Origin: an uncultured Bacillota bacterium | GTDB lineage: Bacteria > Bacillota_I > Bacilli_A > Izemoplasmatales > UBA1188 | Assembly (NCBI GenBank): GCA_937907585.1 | Contig: CALCVH010000063.1 | Span: 1-52,117, forward strand | DNA length: 52,117 bases | Direction: 5' to 3' | Shown: piece after piece, positions 35,581 through 44,017 of the stretch | Numbering within the stretch: position 1 is the first letter of the stretch | Layout of the letters: each line of letters starts with the position of its first letter | Position numbers and translations under genes: made by a program | The notes under the pieces: generated by a model | What the model saw: only the letters and a program-made list of their open reading frames with translations | The model's database searches: none | What the model was told of the DNA's origin: nothing

Positions 35581-35598
35581 AAGCTCCTTTTTCTTTTT
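35565..35598 (+). terminator. intrinsic terminator overlapping the HTH gene stop
   Basis: GGAACTTCT (35565-35573) / AGAAGCTCC (35579-35587), 8 of 9 bp paired, then TTTTTCTTTTT. Confidence 0.7.
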
Positions 35599-35622
35599 AT
35601 GTCCAAATTTTGGTTTTAAGCC

Positions 35623-35649
35623 TTGATATATATATATATATATTACAAT
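35623..35649 (+). promoter_or_regulatory. candidate promoter whose spacer is the (AT)9 tract
   Basis: TTGATA (35623-35628), 15-nt spacer made of the repeat, TACAAT (35644-35649). The spacer is 2 nt shorter than optimal. Confidence 0.35.
35626..35643. repeat. (AT)9 dinucleotide microsatellite
   Basis: Uninterrupted atatatatatatatatat read directly at 35626-35643. Confidence 0.95.
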
Positions 35650-35673
35650 GAAATAAATATTGTTAAGCTTAAT

Positions 35674-35699
35674 AGTAGTGCAAATAATGTCCTATGATG
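35674..35699 (+). repeat. leader direct repeat, copy 1
   Basis: AGTAGTGCAAATAATGTCCTATGATG. Partner copy at 35766-35794. Confidence 0.6.
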
Positions 35700-35765
35700 G
35701 ACTCCAATTTAAAACTAAAATGTAGATACAAAAGTAGATAATTCATCAATGTATTGGAAGAAAGA

Positions 35766-35794
35766 AGTAGTGCAAAAAGCGTCCTATCGTGATG
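35766..35794 (+). repeat. leader direct repeat, copy 2
   Basis: AGTAGTGCAAAAAGCGTCCTATCGTGATG. Shares AGTAGTGCAAA..GTCCTAT..GATG with copy 1. Confidence 0.6.
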
Positions 35795-35838
35795 AGTCGT
35801 TGCTTGATAAACTATAAGTGAAATTGGAGGACAAGACA

Positions 35839-36264
35839 ATGAAAAATGAAGTTAAAAAATATTTTATGGTAATCGCTAAGTGTGGACATGTAGGGAGAAA
35901 AAGTTACGTTCCGGTAAAATTTGCAGTAGTAGCTGAATCTGGTAAAAAAGCTGCTAAAAAGGTAAGACAATTTCCAAGAGTTAAGCACAATCATAAGGAT
36001 GCGATTCTAGATGTTATGTGTATTACACTAGAAGAGTTCTTAGAGATTAAGGAAGTTAATAATAACGATCCATATTTAAAATGCCACTCTAAACATGAAC
36101 AAAATCTAATTACTAATCTAACTGAAAGAATGGTAGAAGATCTACATAATGTAAAACAAACATTAGATAAGCAAATTAGGAAAGATAGAGTTGCTTATAA
36201 ATTAAAAAAATTCAAATTATTAGAAAAATCTTCAATGATGGAGGATTATTGCTATGCGTATTAA
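35839..36264 (+). CDS. hypothetical basic protein with Cys/His motifs
   Basis: Start trimmed to ATG 35839 (GGAGG RBS). 'AKCGHVG' and 'RVKHNHKDAI' motifs. Overlaps the nrdG start by 11 nt. Confidence 0.6.
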   Translation: MKNEVKKYFMVIAKCGHVGRKSYVPVKFAVVAESGKKAAKKVRQFPRVKHNHKDAILDVMCITLEEFLEIKEVNNNDPYLKCHSKHEQNLITNLTERMVEDLHNVKQTLDKQIRKDRVAYKLKKFKLLEKSSMMEDYCYAY

Positions 36265-36706
36265 TTCAATTAGATATAACAATTCTGTTGTCGATGGTCC
36301 TGGTATTAGAACTGTACTCTTTATGCAAGGCTGTGATATCAATTGTAAAGGATGCCAAAATAGATCGACGTGGGACACCAACAAAGGAAAAGAAGTAAGT
36401 ATTGATAATTTAATTAATGAATTAAAACAAAAAGTATTTAATAAGAAAATTACTATTTCTGGAGGCGAGCCATTGGTTCAAAAAGATGAATTAGTGAAAC
36501 TTATTGATAAACTTGCTGAAGAAGGCTTTGATATAGCTTTATATACAGGGCACACAAGAGATGAAGTCCCATCTGAAATTATTTCTAAAGTTAAATATTT
36601 AAAGACTGGTAATTTTATTCAAGAATTAAAAACAACTATTAAACCTTTTGTAGGTTCGGAAAATCAAATCTTTGAGGAGGTATCTAAAGATGAAACAACT
36701 AAATAA
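36254..36706 (+). CDS. nrdG: anaerobic ribonucleoside-triphosphate reductase activating protein (radical SAM)
   Basis: 'DGPGIRTVLFMQGCDINCKGCQN' contains the CxxxCxxC cluster and is the NrdG signature. 150 aa. Confidence 0.9.
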   Translation: MRINSIRYNNSVVDGPGIRTVLFMQGCDINCKGCQNRSTWDTNKGKEVSIDNLINELKQKVFNKKITISGGEPLVQKDELVKLIDKLAEEGFDIALYTGHTRDEVPSEIISKVKYLKTGNFIQELKTTIKPFVGSENQIFEEVSKDETTK

Positions 36707-38384
36707 TGATAATGCTGCTAATAGAACTAGCTATGTTGGATACGTATATAACGTAGGTGAAAAAGAATATAAAAATAAAATATTAAATAGTCTTCCAAAA
36801 GAATGGGCAGATTTACATAGAACAGGTGCAATTCATATTCATGACTTGGATGCATATGATTTAACTTATAACTGCTTAACATTCGATATCATCAATAAGT
36901 TCCCATATGATGAATTCAAGATGTTTAGTGAACAAGGTAAAATTATCCATTTGTTTGAATTTATCAAAGATTTATTTACTAAACTAGGTAATGAACAATC
37001 TGGTGGTATGACATTTGCCAATTTCGATAATGAAATAGCTGAAATCTTATCTACATTTGAAATTGATTATTCAAAGTATAAAGATTTAATTACTGATTCA
37101 ATTGCTGAATTAATATTATGGTGTAATGGTAATCATTCAAGAATGGGCCAAACTAGTTATTACGTAACTTTAAATATTGGTTTAGCTAAAAATGAATGTG
37201 CTAGATTCATTGCTCATGAAGTAATTGATAGATTCTTGAAATTAGGTGATATGGTATTTAAACCGAATATCGTATTTAAAGTAGTTGATGGAATTAATAA
37301 TAAACCTAGTGATCCAAATTATGATCTATTAAAATTAGCTTTATCTTGTACAGCTAAAAAGATGATACCTACATATCTTCTTTGTGATTGCAAAGGTGAT
37401 AAAGAAACTAATCCTGAAAGATTATCGGTAATGGGATGTAGAACTAGAGTGGTTTCTGATCTTTATGGTGAAGATGGTGCTATGGGTAGAGGTAATATCA
37501 CAAATATTTCTATTAATCTTCCTAGACTTGCCTTAGAGATTGATAAGAACAATAAAGAATTATCAATTGATGAGAAATTCGAACTTCTGAAATCAAAATG
37601 GGATGAAGTAGCTAGAGCTACAAAAGATATCTTACTTGATAGATATCATAAAGTATGCAAAAGAACTCCTGATGATTTTCCAACAAATAGTAGCTATCAT
37701 CTATGGTGCGAAGATTTCAAAGGAGATTTAGAAGAAGTATTCAAGCATGGAACATTATCACTAGGATTCATTGGATTAAGTGAAGCTATAGAAGTTATTA
37801 CTGGTTCAAAGTATTATTCAAGCATGGATAATTATATTATGACTTTAGGCTTCGTAAAACATATGAGAGATTATTGCGATTTCTTAAAGAATGAATACAA
37901 GCTTAATTTCTCATTACTTGCAACATCAGGCGAATTAATTAGTGGTAGATTCATTGAATTTGATAAAGATCTATATAAACCAGATGTTGATATTTTTACA
38001 AAAGGTTATTATACAAATTCATTCCATATAGATGTAGACTCAAGACTTCCTGGATATAAGAAGATCCAACTTGAAGGATTATTCCATGAAATATGTAATG
38101 GTGGATGTATTACATATATCGAACTTGGTGAAGCTCCACTAGGTAATGAAGAATCTCTAGAGGAATATATCAATATTGCAGCCGAAGCGGGAGTTCATTA
38201 TCTAGGATTTAATTTTCCTAAAGATGTATGTAATGAATGTGGAACTACGGGAGTATTTGATTATTGTCCTAAATGTAAATCACATAACATTACAAGAATC
38301 AGAAGAGTATCTGGATATCTTGAAATTCTAGATGGATTTACCAAAGGAAAGAAAGCTGAAGAAAAGAATAGGAAGAAAAATTAA
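36690..38384 (+). CDS. nrdD: anaerobic (class III) ribonucleoside-triphosphate reductase, short form without ATP-cone
   Basis: Start trimmed to ATG 36690 (GAGGAGG RBS). 'GAIHIHDLD' block. C-terminal Zn ribbon 'CNECG...CPKCKS'. Glycyl-radical motif 'RRVSGYL'. Confidence 0.9.
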   Translation: MKQLNNDNAANRTSYVGYVYNVGEKEYKNKILNSLPKEWADLHRTGAIHIHDLDAYDLTYNCLTFDIINKFPYDEFKMFSEQGKIIHLFEFIKDLFTKLGNEQSGGMTFANFDNEIAEILSTFEIDYSKYKDLITDSIAELILWCNGNHSRMGQTSYYVTLNIGLAKNECARFIAHEVIDRFLKLGDMVFKPNIVFKVVDGINNKPSDPNYDLLKLALSCTAKKMIPTYLLCDCKGDKETNPERLSVMGCRTRVVSDLYGEDGAMGRGNITNISINLPRLALEIDKNNKELSIDEKFELLKSKWDEVARATKDILLDRYHKVCKRTPDDFPTNSSYHLWCEDFKGDLEEVFKHGTLSLGFIGLSEAIEVITGSKYYSSMDNYIMTLGFVKHMRDYCDFLKNEYKLNFSLLATSGELISGRFIEFDKDLYKPDVDIFTKGYYTNSFHIDVDSRLPGYKKIQLEGLFHEICNGGCITYIELGEAPLGNEESLEEYINIAAEAGVHYLGFNFPKDVCNECGTTGVFDYCPKCKSHNITRIRRVSGYLEILDGFTKGKKAEEKNRKKN

Positions 38385-38385
38385 G

Positions 38386-38952
38386 ATGATATTTTACATT
38401 TCAGATACACATTTTAGAGATCAAGCCATTTTTGATAAATGTAAGAGGCCATTTAAATCATTAGATGAAATGGAATCAACAGTTATCAGCAAATGGAATA
38501 ATAAAGTTAATGATGAAGACGTTGTTTATGTACTTGGTGATATCGTTAAAGATGATGACGCATCAGCAATTCAAATCTTTAAAAAACTAAAAGGTCATAA
38601 GCATTTAATCGTTGGTAATCATGACCATTTAATCTTAGAAGAGATTAGAAAATCAAATATATTTGAATCAGTAAAATTCATCGATTTAATTATGGATAAA
38701 AATAGAAAAGTTTGTATTTGTCATTATCCACTAATGGATTGGATGGAATTTAATAGAGAAGGAATCTTGGTTTATGGACATATTCATAATAAGACACCTA
38801 AGAATGGATATGCTTATAAAATGATGAAAGATTATTATGCAAATCTACCTGCATATAATTGCGGAGTAGATGTATGTGAATTTGAGCCAAGAACACTAGA
38901 TGAACTTATTCATTTAAAGGAGGTAAACAAGGATGAACCATATATCAATTGA
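38386..38952 (+). CDS. calcineurin-like metallophosphoesterase
   Basis: Start trimmed to ATG 38386, 1 nt after the nrdD stop. Motifs 'ISDTHF', 'LGDIV', 'GNHD' and 'GHIH'. Confidence 0.85.
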   Translation: MIFYISDTHFRDQAIFDKCKRPFKSLDEMESTVISKWNNKVNDEDVVYVLGDIVKDDDASAIQIFKKLKGHKHLIVGNHDHLILEEIRKSNIFESVKFIDLIMDKNRKVCICHYPLMDWMEFNREGILVYGHIHNKTPKNGYAYKMMKDYYANLPAYNCGVDVCEFEPRTLDELIHLKEVNKDEPYIN

Positions 38953-39511
38953 GGGTATGGATGGAGTTGGAAAATCAACTACATGTGAATTGCTTGCTGA
39001 AAAACTAGGATATATATTTGTTGAAAAACCATTACACTATCTTCTTGATGATAGTGATGAAGAAATAAAGCAATATCAAAAAGTTGCTAAAAGGGTTAAT
39101 GAAAATCCTAATAGAAACTTTACAGCTTGGTATTATGGTTTAAATAATATTTATCTTTACGAAAAATTCAAAGATCAAAATATTGTTACTGATCGTCATA
39201 TTGTTTCAAATTATTGTTGGAGTGGAACAACATATAATAAAGATATCTATAATCTAATCTTAAAGAAGATTGGAAAACCTAAACTTACTGTAATTTTATA
39301 TGCAAAACCTGAAGCAATATTAGCTAGATTAAAGAAAAGAGATATTAATGATTCTGATATTTCTAAAGTTAGCAAAAGCGAAAAAGCATATGAGAGAATG
39401 ATATATTTTTGTGAAACTAAAAAACTTGAATATATTGTTATCGATACAACGAATAAAGATGTTGAAACAGTAGTTGATGAGATTTTAAAAAGAATTGAGG
39501 TACTTAAATAG
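38933..39511 (+). CDS. thymidylate/deoxynucleoside-monophosphate kinase-like P-loop kinase
   Basis: 'ISIEGMDGVGKST' P-loop and the 'VTDRHIVSNYCW' block resemble the dTMP kinase / dNK fold. AAGGAGG RBS. Confidence 0.7.
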   Translation: MNHISIEGMDGVGKSTTCELLAEKLGYIFVEKPLHYLLDDSDEEIKQYQKVAKRVNENPNRNFTAWYYGLNNIYLYEKFKDQNIVTDRHIVSNYCWSGTTYNKDIYNLILKKIGKPKLTVILYAKPEAILARLKKRDINDSDISKVSKSEKAYERMIYFCETKKLEYIVIDTTNKDVETVVDEILKRIEVLK

Positions 39512-39512
39512 G

Positions 39513-41966
39513 ATGAATGTAGATAATTTAAGACTTTCAAAAGATATGAAGTACGAAGCTCTATACTGGGCTTTAGGTTTTGAAGAGTTAAGTAAGGGAA
39601 TATTTACTAAATTCTACAATAAAAGCTTCAAAGTGGAAATTAATGCTGATAAGCAACTGGTTGACTTTTCAAATAAGATTTCAATCGTTAATGGCGAAGC
39701 ATTGCTTTTAACAACACATAAGAGTTTTGTTATCTTAGAATGTATTGATAAATTATTGACTATGGGATATAAGCCTAGTGAGATAATTGTTGATCTAGAT
39801 AATGAATACGACATTTACTGCAATGATTTATATATCAAATGTTATGAATGGAATCATATTGAAGAGGATAGAGTTGAATTTAAAAAAGATGTATTCAAAT
39901 CCGTTTCTTATGAATCAAGATTAATTAGCGGAGTAATAGAAAGAAGAACATCAATTAAAACTTCTGATGGATTAATTTATAATCATGGAATCTTTGAAAA
40001 TGAGTCAAGATTAGTTGATTATAAATTATATAATTCTAATGATATTATCTCAGACGATTTCATTATTAAAGCTGGCGTAGCAATTAAATACACAGGAAAT
40101 AAAAACATAATTATAGTTCCTGATGGGGTCAATGAATTAGCACCATGCTTATTTTGGGATAATCAGGTAATTGAAGAAGTAATTCTTCCAGATACTTTAA
40201 TTAATATCTCTGGTGATACATTCTATAATTCAACTAACCTTAGAAAAATTAATATCCCAAAGAATGTAAAGTTCATGGGAAATAACCCATTTGCTGGATG
40301 CCCTAATATAAAAGTTAATAATGAATCACCATATTTCAATTTAGTAGATGGCGTTTTATACAATAAAGATTTTACAAGACTTATATATTATCCAATTTCT
40401 AAAAAAGAAGATAAATACGAGATAAAAGAAGGATGCAGAATCTTAGGAAAACATTCATTTTACCTTTGCGACAATCTTAAAGAAGTAGTTATTCCATCGT
40501 CAATAATAAAATTAGAGAATAATCCATTTTCAGGATGCACGAAGATTAATATAGTTAATAAATCTGAGTATTATCACATTGATGATTCGGTTATTTATGA
40601 TAAGGATTATTCATCAGTAATCGGTTGCCTTAATTCTATTGACACTGATTGTCTAGTTTTAAAAGATGTTAAGAGAATATGTAGAAATTCATTCTGGAAC
40701 TGTAAAGGAATTAAAAAGATAGTTTTTCCGGAAACCCTTGAATCAATCGGATATAATCCGTTTGTTAGTTGCTCTAATATTGAATTTGAATCTCATAGCA
40801 GATATTATGTAGTTTACAACAATGCACTATATACAGCTGATAAATCAAAATTAGTTTGTTATCCAGCTAAATACGCAGTTAATGAGGTCTATCTTCCTGA
40901 TGAAACAATAATACTTGAGCGTGGAGCTTTCTCAGGATGCGATAAAATGACTGCCATCCATCTGCATAATGTTTCAATTATCTCTAAGACTTGCTTCACA
41001 AATTGTAATTCATTAGAAAAAGTATGCTGCTCAGATTTAGTTACTTATATTGGCGAATGGGCATTCGCGCATTGCACTAATTTAAAGGAATTATCAGTTT
41101 ATAAAGACTGCTTTATAGATAATAATGCAACATTGAACAGCCCTGTTAAAATCAACAAGAGAGATGAACTATCTAATTATGTCATAGAGTCAGACAACTT
41201 ATACACATTAAAATCAATGACTAATTTATATAAGAAAAAGATTAAGTCGATTTTAATTGATCCACCTTATAATTCTCATATTGACCACATTGGATATAAA
41301 GATACATTTGATTGTGATTACGAGAAGTTTATGGTGGATAGAATCAAACTTGCTAGCGAACTATTGACTATCGACGGTTTTTTAGTTATCAATATTGATG
41401 AAGGTGAAGTAAAACATCTTTCTTCCTTGTCAGTTTTAAAAGATTTATTCTATAAAATTAAAATTTATAAGTGGGAAAAACTTCATCCCTATTTTGATAA
41501 GAATAGGAGCGTTAACCCAAATAAAAAGGTTGTAAAATACGAATTCATCATCGTTTGTTATAAGTCTAAGGAATCTAAATTAAACTTAATAAAACAACCA
41601 TATTTGGATGGTGAAGTTTTAAAGGAAAAGGAATCTAAAGTTCCATCAACATTTAAATGCTTTGGTACTAATTCATCAGCAAAAGATGAAATAGCTGAAC
41701 TATTTGGCGATAGAGCTTACTTCCAAACTCCTAAGCCTTTAAAACTAATGAAGGAACTTGTGAGAGCTACTTCAAATAAAGACTCTATTATTTTGGACTT
41801 CTTTGCAGGATCAGGCACAGTTGGCCATGCTGTAGTTGATTTGAATAAAGAAGATGGTGGTAGTAGAAAGTATATTCTTATCTCAAATAACGAATCAAAC
41901 ATTTGCAGAAATGTTACACTTAAAAGAATGCAAATGGTCGATGATAAGTTCTACTTCATAGACTAG
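39513..41966 (+). CDS. three-part fusion: unknown N-domain + BspA-type leucine-rich repeats + beta-class (Type III Mod-like) N6/N4 DNA methyltransferase
   Basis: N-domain approx 39513-40061. About ten LRR_5-like units approx 40062-41114 (e.g. 'ILPDTLINISGDTFYNSTNLRKINIP', 'VIPSSIIKLENNPFSGC'). 'DPPY' at 41259-41270. 'FFAGSGT' at 41799-41819. 'EDGGSRKYILI' tail. Confidence 0.8.
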   Translation: MNVDNLRLSKDMKYEALYWALGFEELSKGIFTKFYNKSFKVEINADKQLVDFSNKISIVNGEALLLTTHKSFVILECIDKLLTMGYKPSEIIVDLDNEYDIYCNDLYIKCYEWNHIEEDRVEFKKDVFKSVSYESRLISGVIERRTSIKTSDGLIYNHGIFENESRLVDYKLYNSNDIISDDFIIKAGVAIKYTGNKNIIIVPDGVNELAPCLFWDNQVIEEVILPDTLINISGDTFYNSTNLRKINIPKNVKFMGNNPFAGCPNIKVNNESPYFNLVDGVLYNKDFTRLIYYPISKKEDKYEIKEGCRILGKHSFYLCDNLKEVVIPSSIIKLENNPFSGCTKINIVNKSEYYHIDDSVIYDKDYSSVIGCLNSIDTDCLVLKDVKRICRNSFWNCKGIKKIVFPETLESIGYNPFVSCSNIEFESHSRYYVVYNNALYTADKSKLVCYPAKYAVNEVYLPDETIILERGAFSGCDKMTAIHLHNVSIISKTCFTNCNSLEKVCCSDLVTYIGEWAFAHCTNLKELSVYKDCFIDNNATLNSPVKINKRDELSNYVIESDNLYTLKSMTNLYKKKIKSILIDPPYNSHIDHIGYKDTFDCDYEKFMVDRIKLASELLTIDGFLVINIDEGEVKHLSSLSVLKDLFYKIKIYKWEKLHPYFDKNRSVNPNKKVVKYEFIIVCYKSKESKLNLIKQPYLDGEVLKEKESKVPSTFKCFGTNSSAKDEIAELFGDRAYFQTPKPLKLMKELVRATSNKDSIILDFFAGSGTVGHAVVDLNKEDGGSRKYILISNNESNICRNVTLKRMQMVDDKFYFID

Positions 41967-41994
41967 TTTAAGAGGATTTTTCCTCTTAAACTAG
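41963..41994 (+). terminator. 14-bp perfect hairpin overlapping the methyltransferase stop codon
   Basis: CTAGTTTAAGAGGA / TTTT loop / TCCTCTTAAACTAG. No trailing T-tract. Confidence 0.5.
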
Positions 41995-42065
41995 TGACGC
42001 AAAGGGCATTTTATTTTAGATGTCTAATAAAAAGTAAAATAGAACTATAAAAAAGGAGACTTTGT

Positions 42066-43244
42066 ATGAGATATTTGTTTTTCGATATTGAATGTTGTAA
42101 TGGAAAAGATATATGTGAATTTGGTTATGTGATAACTGATACTGAATTCAATATATTAGAAAAAGATGATTTCACAATCAATCCAGAAAATAAATTTAAT
42201 CTTACAGGTAGACCTGATGGTAGAGATTTATATCTTTATTATCCTGAGTCTACATATTATAAAAGCCATAAATTTCCATATTTCTATGATAGAATCAAAG
42301 AACTTATTGAATACCCTAATCAATTAATAGTTGGACACGCTATAATTAATGATGCAAAGTTTATTAGAAACGCCTGCAATAGATATAATCTAGGACCTAT
42401 TAATTTTAAGTTTGCGGATACTCAAAGAATGTATTCTGAATTTACAAATTTAAGAAAAAGCATATCTTTAGAAACGGCTGGTGAAAACTTGAATGTAGAG
42501 AAACCTAAATATCTTCATAAGAGTGACGATGATTCTGAACTTACAATGAATCTTGTTAAAGGCATGTGCAAGGAACTAGAGTGTTCATTAGAGGAGTTGA
42601 TTGAATTATGCGATTCTTGTAGTGGTAAAAGTGAAAATTTTGATATCAAATATGATGATGTAGAGATTCGCCAAAAGAAAAGATATGAATCAGCTAAAAA
42701 TGGAAGCAATAATAATATTAGAGGTCGTAATTATAGAATGTTCCTACAATTTCTAGATGGAGTTAAACCTCAAGGAGATACTATTGAATCACAACTAAAT
42801 GGCAAATCATTATGCGTAAGTTTAAATTATGAAATTGGTCATTTTAAAGAAATGCTATCTTTGGTTCAACTTTTAAAAAATCATAATGCTACATATAACA
42901 TGAAAGCATCTAACAATGATATCTTCGTAACATACTCATTTAAGAACGATGAAGGAAATGAAAGATTCTGTACAAGACTAAAACATGTAAAAGATGCTAT
43001 TGAAGAAGGGAAAACAATTCAAATAATATCATTTGAAGAATTGCTTTCTATTCTTGGAGTTACAGAAGAAGATTTATTGTCAATGTCATTTCCTGAAGAG
43101 AGTAGTTTTTATAAGAAACCAAGGCCTAGACAAGAGAAAAAGACGCCTAAGATTACTAAATCTAAAACTCAAAACTCAACATTAGGCGATTTGTTTCCTG
43201 AATTATTTGAAAAACTAAGAAACGAAATAAATGATGAGAAATGA
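42066..43244 (+). CDS. DEDDh 3'-5' exonuclease (DnaQ-like) with C-terminal BRCT-like domain
   Basis: ExoI 'FFDIE', ExoII 'GHAIINDAKF', ExoIII 'HKSDDD'. The C-terminal 'LNGKSLCVSLNYEIGHFKEMLSLVQLLKNHNATY' is BRCT-like. Confidence 0.75.
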   Translation: MRYLFFDIECCNGKDICEFGYVITDTEFNILEKDDFTINPENKFNLTGRPDGRDLYLYYPESTYYKSHKFPYFYDRIKELIEYPNQLIVGHAIINDAKFIRNACNRYNLGPINFKFADTQRMYSEFTNLRKSISLETAGENLNVEKPKYLHKSDDDSELTMNLVKGMCKELECSLEELIELCDSCSGKSENFDIKYDDVEIRQKKRYESAKNGSNNNIRGRNYRMFLQFLDGVKPQGDTIESQLNGKSLCVSLNYEIGHFKEMLSLVQLLKNHNATYNMKASNNDIFVTYSFKNDEGNERFCTRLKHVKDAIEEGKTIQIISFEELLSILGVTEEDLLSMSFPEESSFYKKPRPRQEKKTPKITKSKTQNSTLGDLFPELFEKLRNEINDEK

Positions 43245-43437
43245 TTTGTTACTACATTCACGTATTCCTAAGTGTAGACATAAATAAACATATGTTCAAG
43301 TGGCATATAGTAAATTATCATTTTACAAATCACTGGCTATTTCTAAGTTAGATGAGTTAGTTAATTCGTTAATCTAAAAATAAAAATGTAGTATTAACTA
43401 CCAACCTAATTTTCAATAGTTTTATATAAAAAATAAT

Positions 43438-43460
43438 CCGATATCTCTATTTGATATCGG
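43438..43460. terminator. bidirectional-looking terminator between the exonuclease and TetR genes
   Basis: CCGATATC (43438-43445) / GATATCGG (43453-43460), flanked by an A-run upstream and a T-rich run downstream. Confidence 0.65.
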
Positions 43461-43461
43461 G

Positions 43462-43974
43462 TTATTTATTTAACATTATATTCCTTGCGGATTCAACTTC
43501 AATCTTATTTGTTCTAAATAAATTCACAACTGTCATGAACTTATAAACCTTAAGTATTATGTCAACTTGAGTCTTATCATCGTCGTGACCATACTTAAAT
43601 TGCTTCTGAAGCCTTTTCGCAAGATAAATAGCGAATTGTGGATTATAGTTTTCAGTCAAATCTAAAACAAATGTTTTATTTCTTGAACCGTTAATTTTGA
43701 CAATTTTATCGAATAACGCTACCAAGGCATCATCTAAAGTTGGATCTGCTTTATACTCTTTCGCAATACCATATAAATCAGAAAGAAGTATATCGTATAT
43801 GTCGTCTTTGCCTTCAAAATAGTAATAAAAGTCAGTTCTTAAGATTTTCATTGTATCAGTTAAACTAGAAACAGTGATTTTTTCATATGGTTTAGAAACG
43901 AATTCTTTTATCGCTGGTTTTAAAAGCTTTATCTGTCTGTCGTAGGATATTCTATTAAATACTTGTTTAGGCAT
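43462..43974 (-). CDS. TetR/AcrR family transcriptional regulator
   Basis: Start trimmed to MPKQVF (ATG at 43974, GGGGAGAA RBS). N-terminal 'ITVSSLTDTMKILRTDFYYYFEGKDDIY' is a TetR HTH. Confidence 0.8.
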   Translation of the reverse strand: MPKQVFNRISYDRQIKLLKPAIKEFVSKPYEKITVSSLTDTMKILRTDFYYYFEGKDDIYDILLSDLYGIAKEYKADPTLDDALVALFDKIVKINGSRNKTFVLDLTENYNPQFAIYLAKRLQKQFKYGHDDDKTQVDIILKVYKFMTVVNLFRTNKIEVESARNIMLNK

Positions 43975-44017
43975 AATAATTCTCCCCAAAAAACATACTA
44001 AAAAGATTATAGGTTTT

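Noticed and set aside
35650-35838. NrdR boxes or a riboswitch in the nrd leader
   Set aside because: I saw no 16-bp palindromic NrdR-type boxes at a ~31-bp spacing and no riboswitch core I recognise. Only the imperfect direct repeat is reported.
41963-41994. 14-bp palindrome as a mobile-element inverted repeat or recombination site
   Set aside because: It is a single hairpin with a 4-nt loop directly overlapping the stop codon. No partner copy exists elsewhere in the window, so a transcript-end hairpin is the simpler reading.
39513-43244. Complete Type III restriction-modification system
   Set aside because: The methyltransferase is Mod-like, but no Res-type helicase-nuclease gene is adjacent. 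The next gene is a DEDDh exonuclease-BRCT protein.
35356-43244. Intact prophage
   Set aside because: There are no capsid, portal, terminase, tail, lysis or integrase genes. Only a regulator and DNA/nucleotide-metabolism genes are present.
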